From the human T2T-CHM13v2.0 reference genome, Homo sapiens: 64,000 nucleotides of DNA. The notes below the pieces were generated by a model, which had not been told where the DNA came from, did no database searches, and was given only the letters and a program-made list of their open reading frames with translations. The DNA lies in NCBI RefSeq assembly GCF_009914755.1, contig NC_060928.1. The stretch is one strand, 5' to 3'. Both the position numbers and the translations under genes were made by a program. Below, piece after piece: positions 62,181-64,000 of this stretch; within the stretch, counting starts at the first letter, position 1; the number at the start of each line of letters is the position of its first letter.

Positions 62181-62683
62181 ATTTCCTGGCTGTATCAGCT
62201 GTAAGGTCCTAGAAGCAATGAGAACAAAGTAGCAACGAATACACACAACACTCATATTATGGTTTCCAACACTGTTCTCTTACAAAAAGAATCAGTGCTC
62301 CTTGGAAAAATGGATGATTCTAAGACTAGGACAGGAAATATACAAGATGAGTATGGAGCACATTTTTTACCAAATGTAAACAGGCGCTCAAAACAAAAAA
62401 AAACTATTTAAAAAACAATGAGTATATGTCAAAAGAACATCATAGCTAAATGAAAGAGATCCCAATGGCCACAGGTAGAAGAATTTGAATAAGAAAAAAA
62501 AGTCATAGTGTGATAACCCAAATTATAAAGTAAATATCTGAGAGTCCAAAGGATATAAAGAAACCATTTAATAAGGGAATAAAAAGTGACTAATTCTGTT
62601 GGAAGCAACTTTATCTCAGCTTATTTAACATAAAGAGAGCCAAGTCTCTTGGGATTAATGTTAAACTCCCTGTTAACTAGAAA

Positions 62684-62825
62684 AGGGGCTGGTAAACTAG
62701 CCTCTCCAGCCACCTGTTTTGTACACTTTAAGGTGGTTGGTTGCATTTTTAAATGGTTAAGGGCAAAAGAATACCCTGTGGGATGTGGAATTTAAATTTG
62801 TGTCCAGTTTTATTGGGAAAAAAAT
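62684..62825 (+). mobile_element. hAT-Charlie MITE 5' fragment, MER58B-like
   Basis: aggggctggtaaacta...gccacctgttttgtac...catttttaaatggtt...gtgtccagttttattgg. Confidence 0.6.
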
Positions 62826-63232
62826 ACACAGATGGGGAACATATGCAAATCCCCTATGCAGAAAAAGTCAAATAATTTATGCAGATACTTCCCCTCAAGG
62901 GGGTAGAGTATAACTCTCCACTCCTTAAGGAGTGTGGGCTACACAAGTGACTTCCTTTAAAAAAAAAATACTGAATGAAAAGAGGAGTGAAGAGTAACTT
63001 TTCATTGAAGAAATGTGGCAAAAACTCCCTCAGCCTCTGGATCAAGCTGAACATCATCACTGATAAGTCATGTGGATATGTACCCTTGTAATGGTGTGAG
63101 GAAATTACAATTTACCTCTGAGGTTTTCCTTCCCAAAATCCACAATCCCCCATCTAATCTTAGAAAAATATCAGACAAATATAAACAGAGGGACATTCTA
63201 CATAAAAACTGGCTAGTATTTCTAAAAACACT

Positions 63233-63870
63233 TGTTGGAGCTCAGAAAATAATACTGCAAAATGAAAGTCTCAGAGGCAGCCTCAGAAGCAAGTTTCTCC
63301 CTAATCTTCTCCTGACCTCCACATTCTTTCCTGAGGCAAACTATAGAAACTAGAGTCTCTTTTCCCCAAGACAAGAGTCCATAACCCATTTCCCCAAAGC
63401 AAGCCAGAAACCCTAAAAATATTACTCTGACTTTGCCCCTCTTTTCTGCATAAAAATTGACCATAAATAAATTATCTGACCTATCTCATTTGATTGTAGG
63501 TCATAAAACCCCAATTTCAGAGAGGGTCCTGCCTCATACCCAGCAGGAAGGAATGCTGCACAGAGAGGCAAAGAAGACTCTAAACAGAGAAGCCTTGCTG
63601 TGCTTCGTCACTCAGTCTGTTAGCATTAGACCATATACTTTTTGTTCAATCATATTTCTACAGGTCCATTCATACTTTGTTGAACTTAAGCATAAAATGA
63701 GCATTTTCTGCTGTATCTTTGGATCTTCATTTTGAAGGCTCCCATGTCATGTAGAACTATGGTCAATTAAATTTGTTATACTTGTTTCTTGGTAACCTTT
63801 CTTTGTTATAGAGGTGTCAGCTGTGACCCTTATGATAGGGAGGAAAGGAATCAACCCCCTTTTACCCTGA
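63233..63870 (+). mobile_element. ERV1 solo LTR, MER39-like
   Basis: tgttggagctcagaaaataata...attatctgacctatct...gattgtaggtcataa...gagagggtcctgcc...gctgtgacccttatgat; L1 resumes after it. Confidence 0.8.
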
Positions 63871-64000
63871 GGCTGTCAAGCAATGGAAGCCTGAGAAACA
63901 TTCACAGCTCAGAGGGGTCTAAGGAAACATAATGACTACAAATAATCTGGTATTATAGATAGAACTAAAATATGGATGTTAGACAAAAATGTAAAGAAAT

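Overview
AT-rich, Alu-containing primate (human-like) genomic DNA. It holds one credible protein-coding gene: the intronless TRAM1 retrogene TRAM1L1 (minus strand, 43986-45095, 369 aa). The gene sits under a small CpG island with an NRF1-like site. From established knowledge, human TRAM1L1 lies at 4q26. The rest is gene-poor and rich in decayed interspersed repeats: about 14 Alu/FLAM/FRAM copies (many with clear target-site duplications), old L1M/L1P, L2, L3/CR1 and MIR fragments, MaLR/ERV LTRs (MLT1, THE1, MST-like, LTR15-like, MER39-like) and DNA-transposon MITEs (MER45B-, MER6A- and MER58B-like). Subfamily names come from recalled consensus sequences, not a RepeatMasker run. I see no evidence of a new multi-gene system, CRISPR array or RNA gene. 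The notable structure not explained by standard annotation: (1) a ~320-bp, ~92%-identical inverted duplication bracketing 2.6 kb (26434-29663); (2) a ~235-bp duplication in permuted order, A-B versus B...A (40217-41728), suggesting a circular intermediate or multi-step template switch; (3) a ~30-bp-arm hairpin inside a MER45 element; (4) several short tandem duplications; (5) a TRAM1L1 5' leader with a strong-context in-frame uORF one stop codon away from an N-terminal extension, plus a consensus splice donor just upstream of the ATG.
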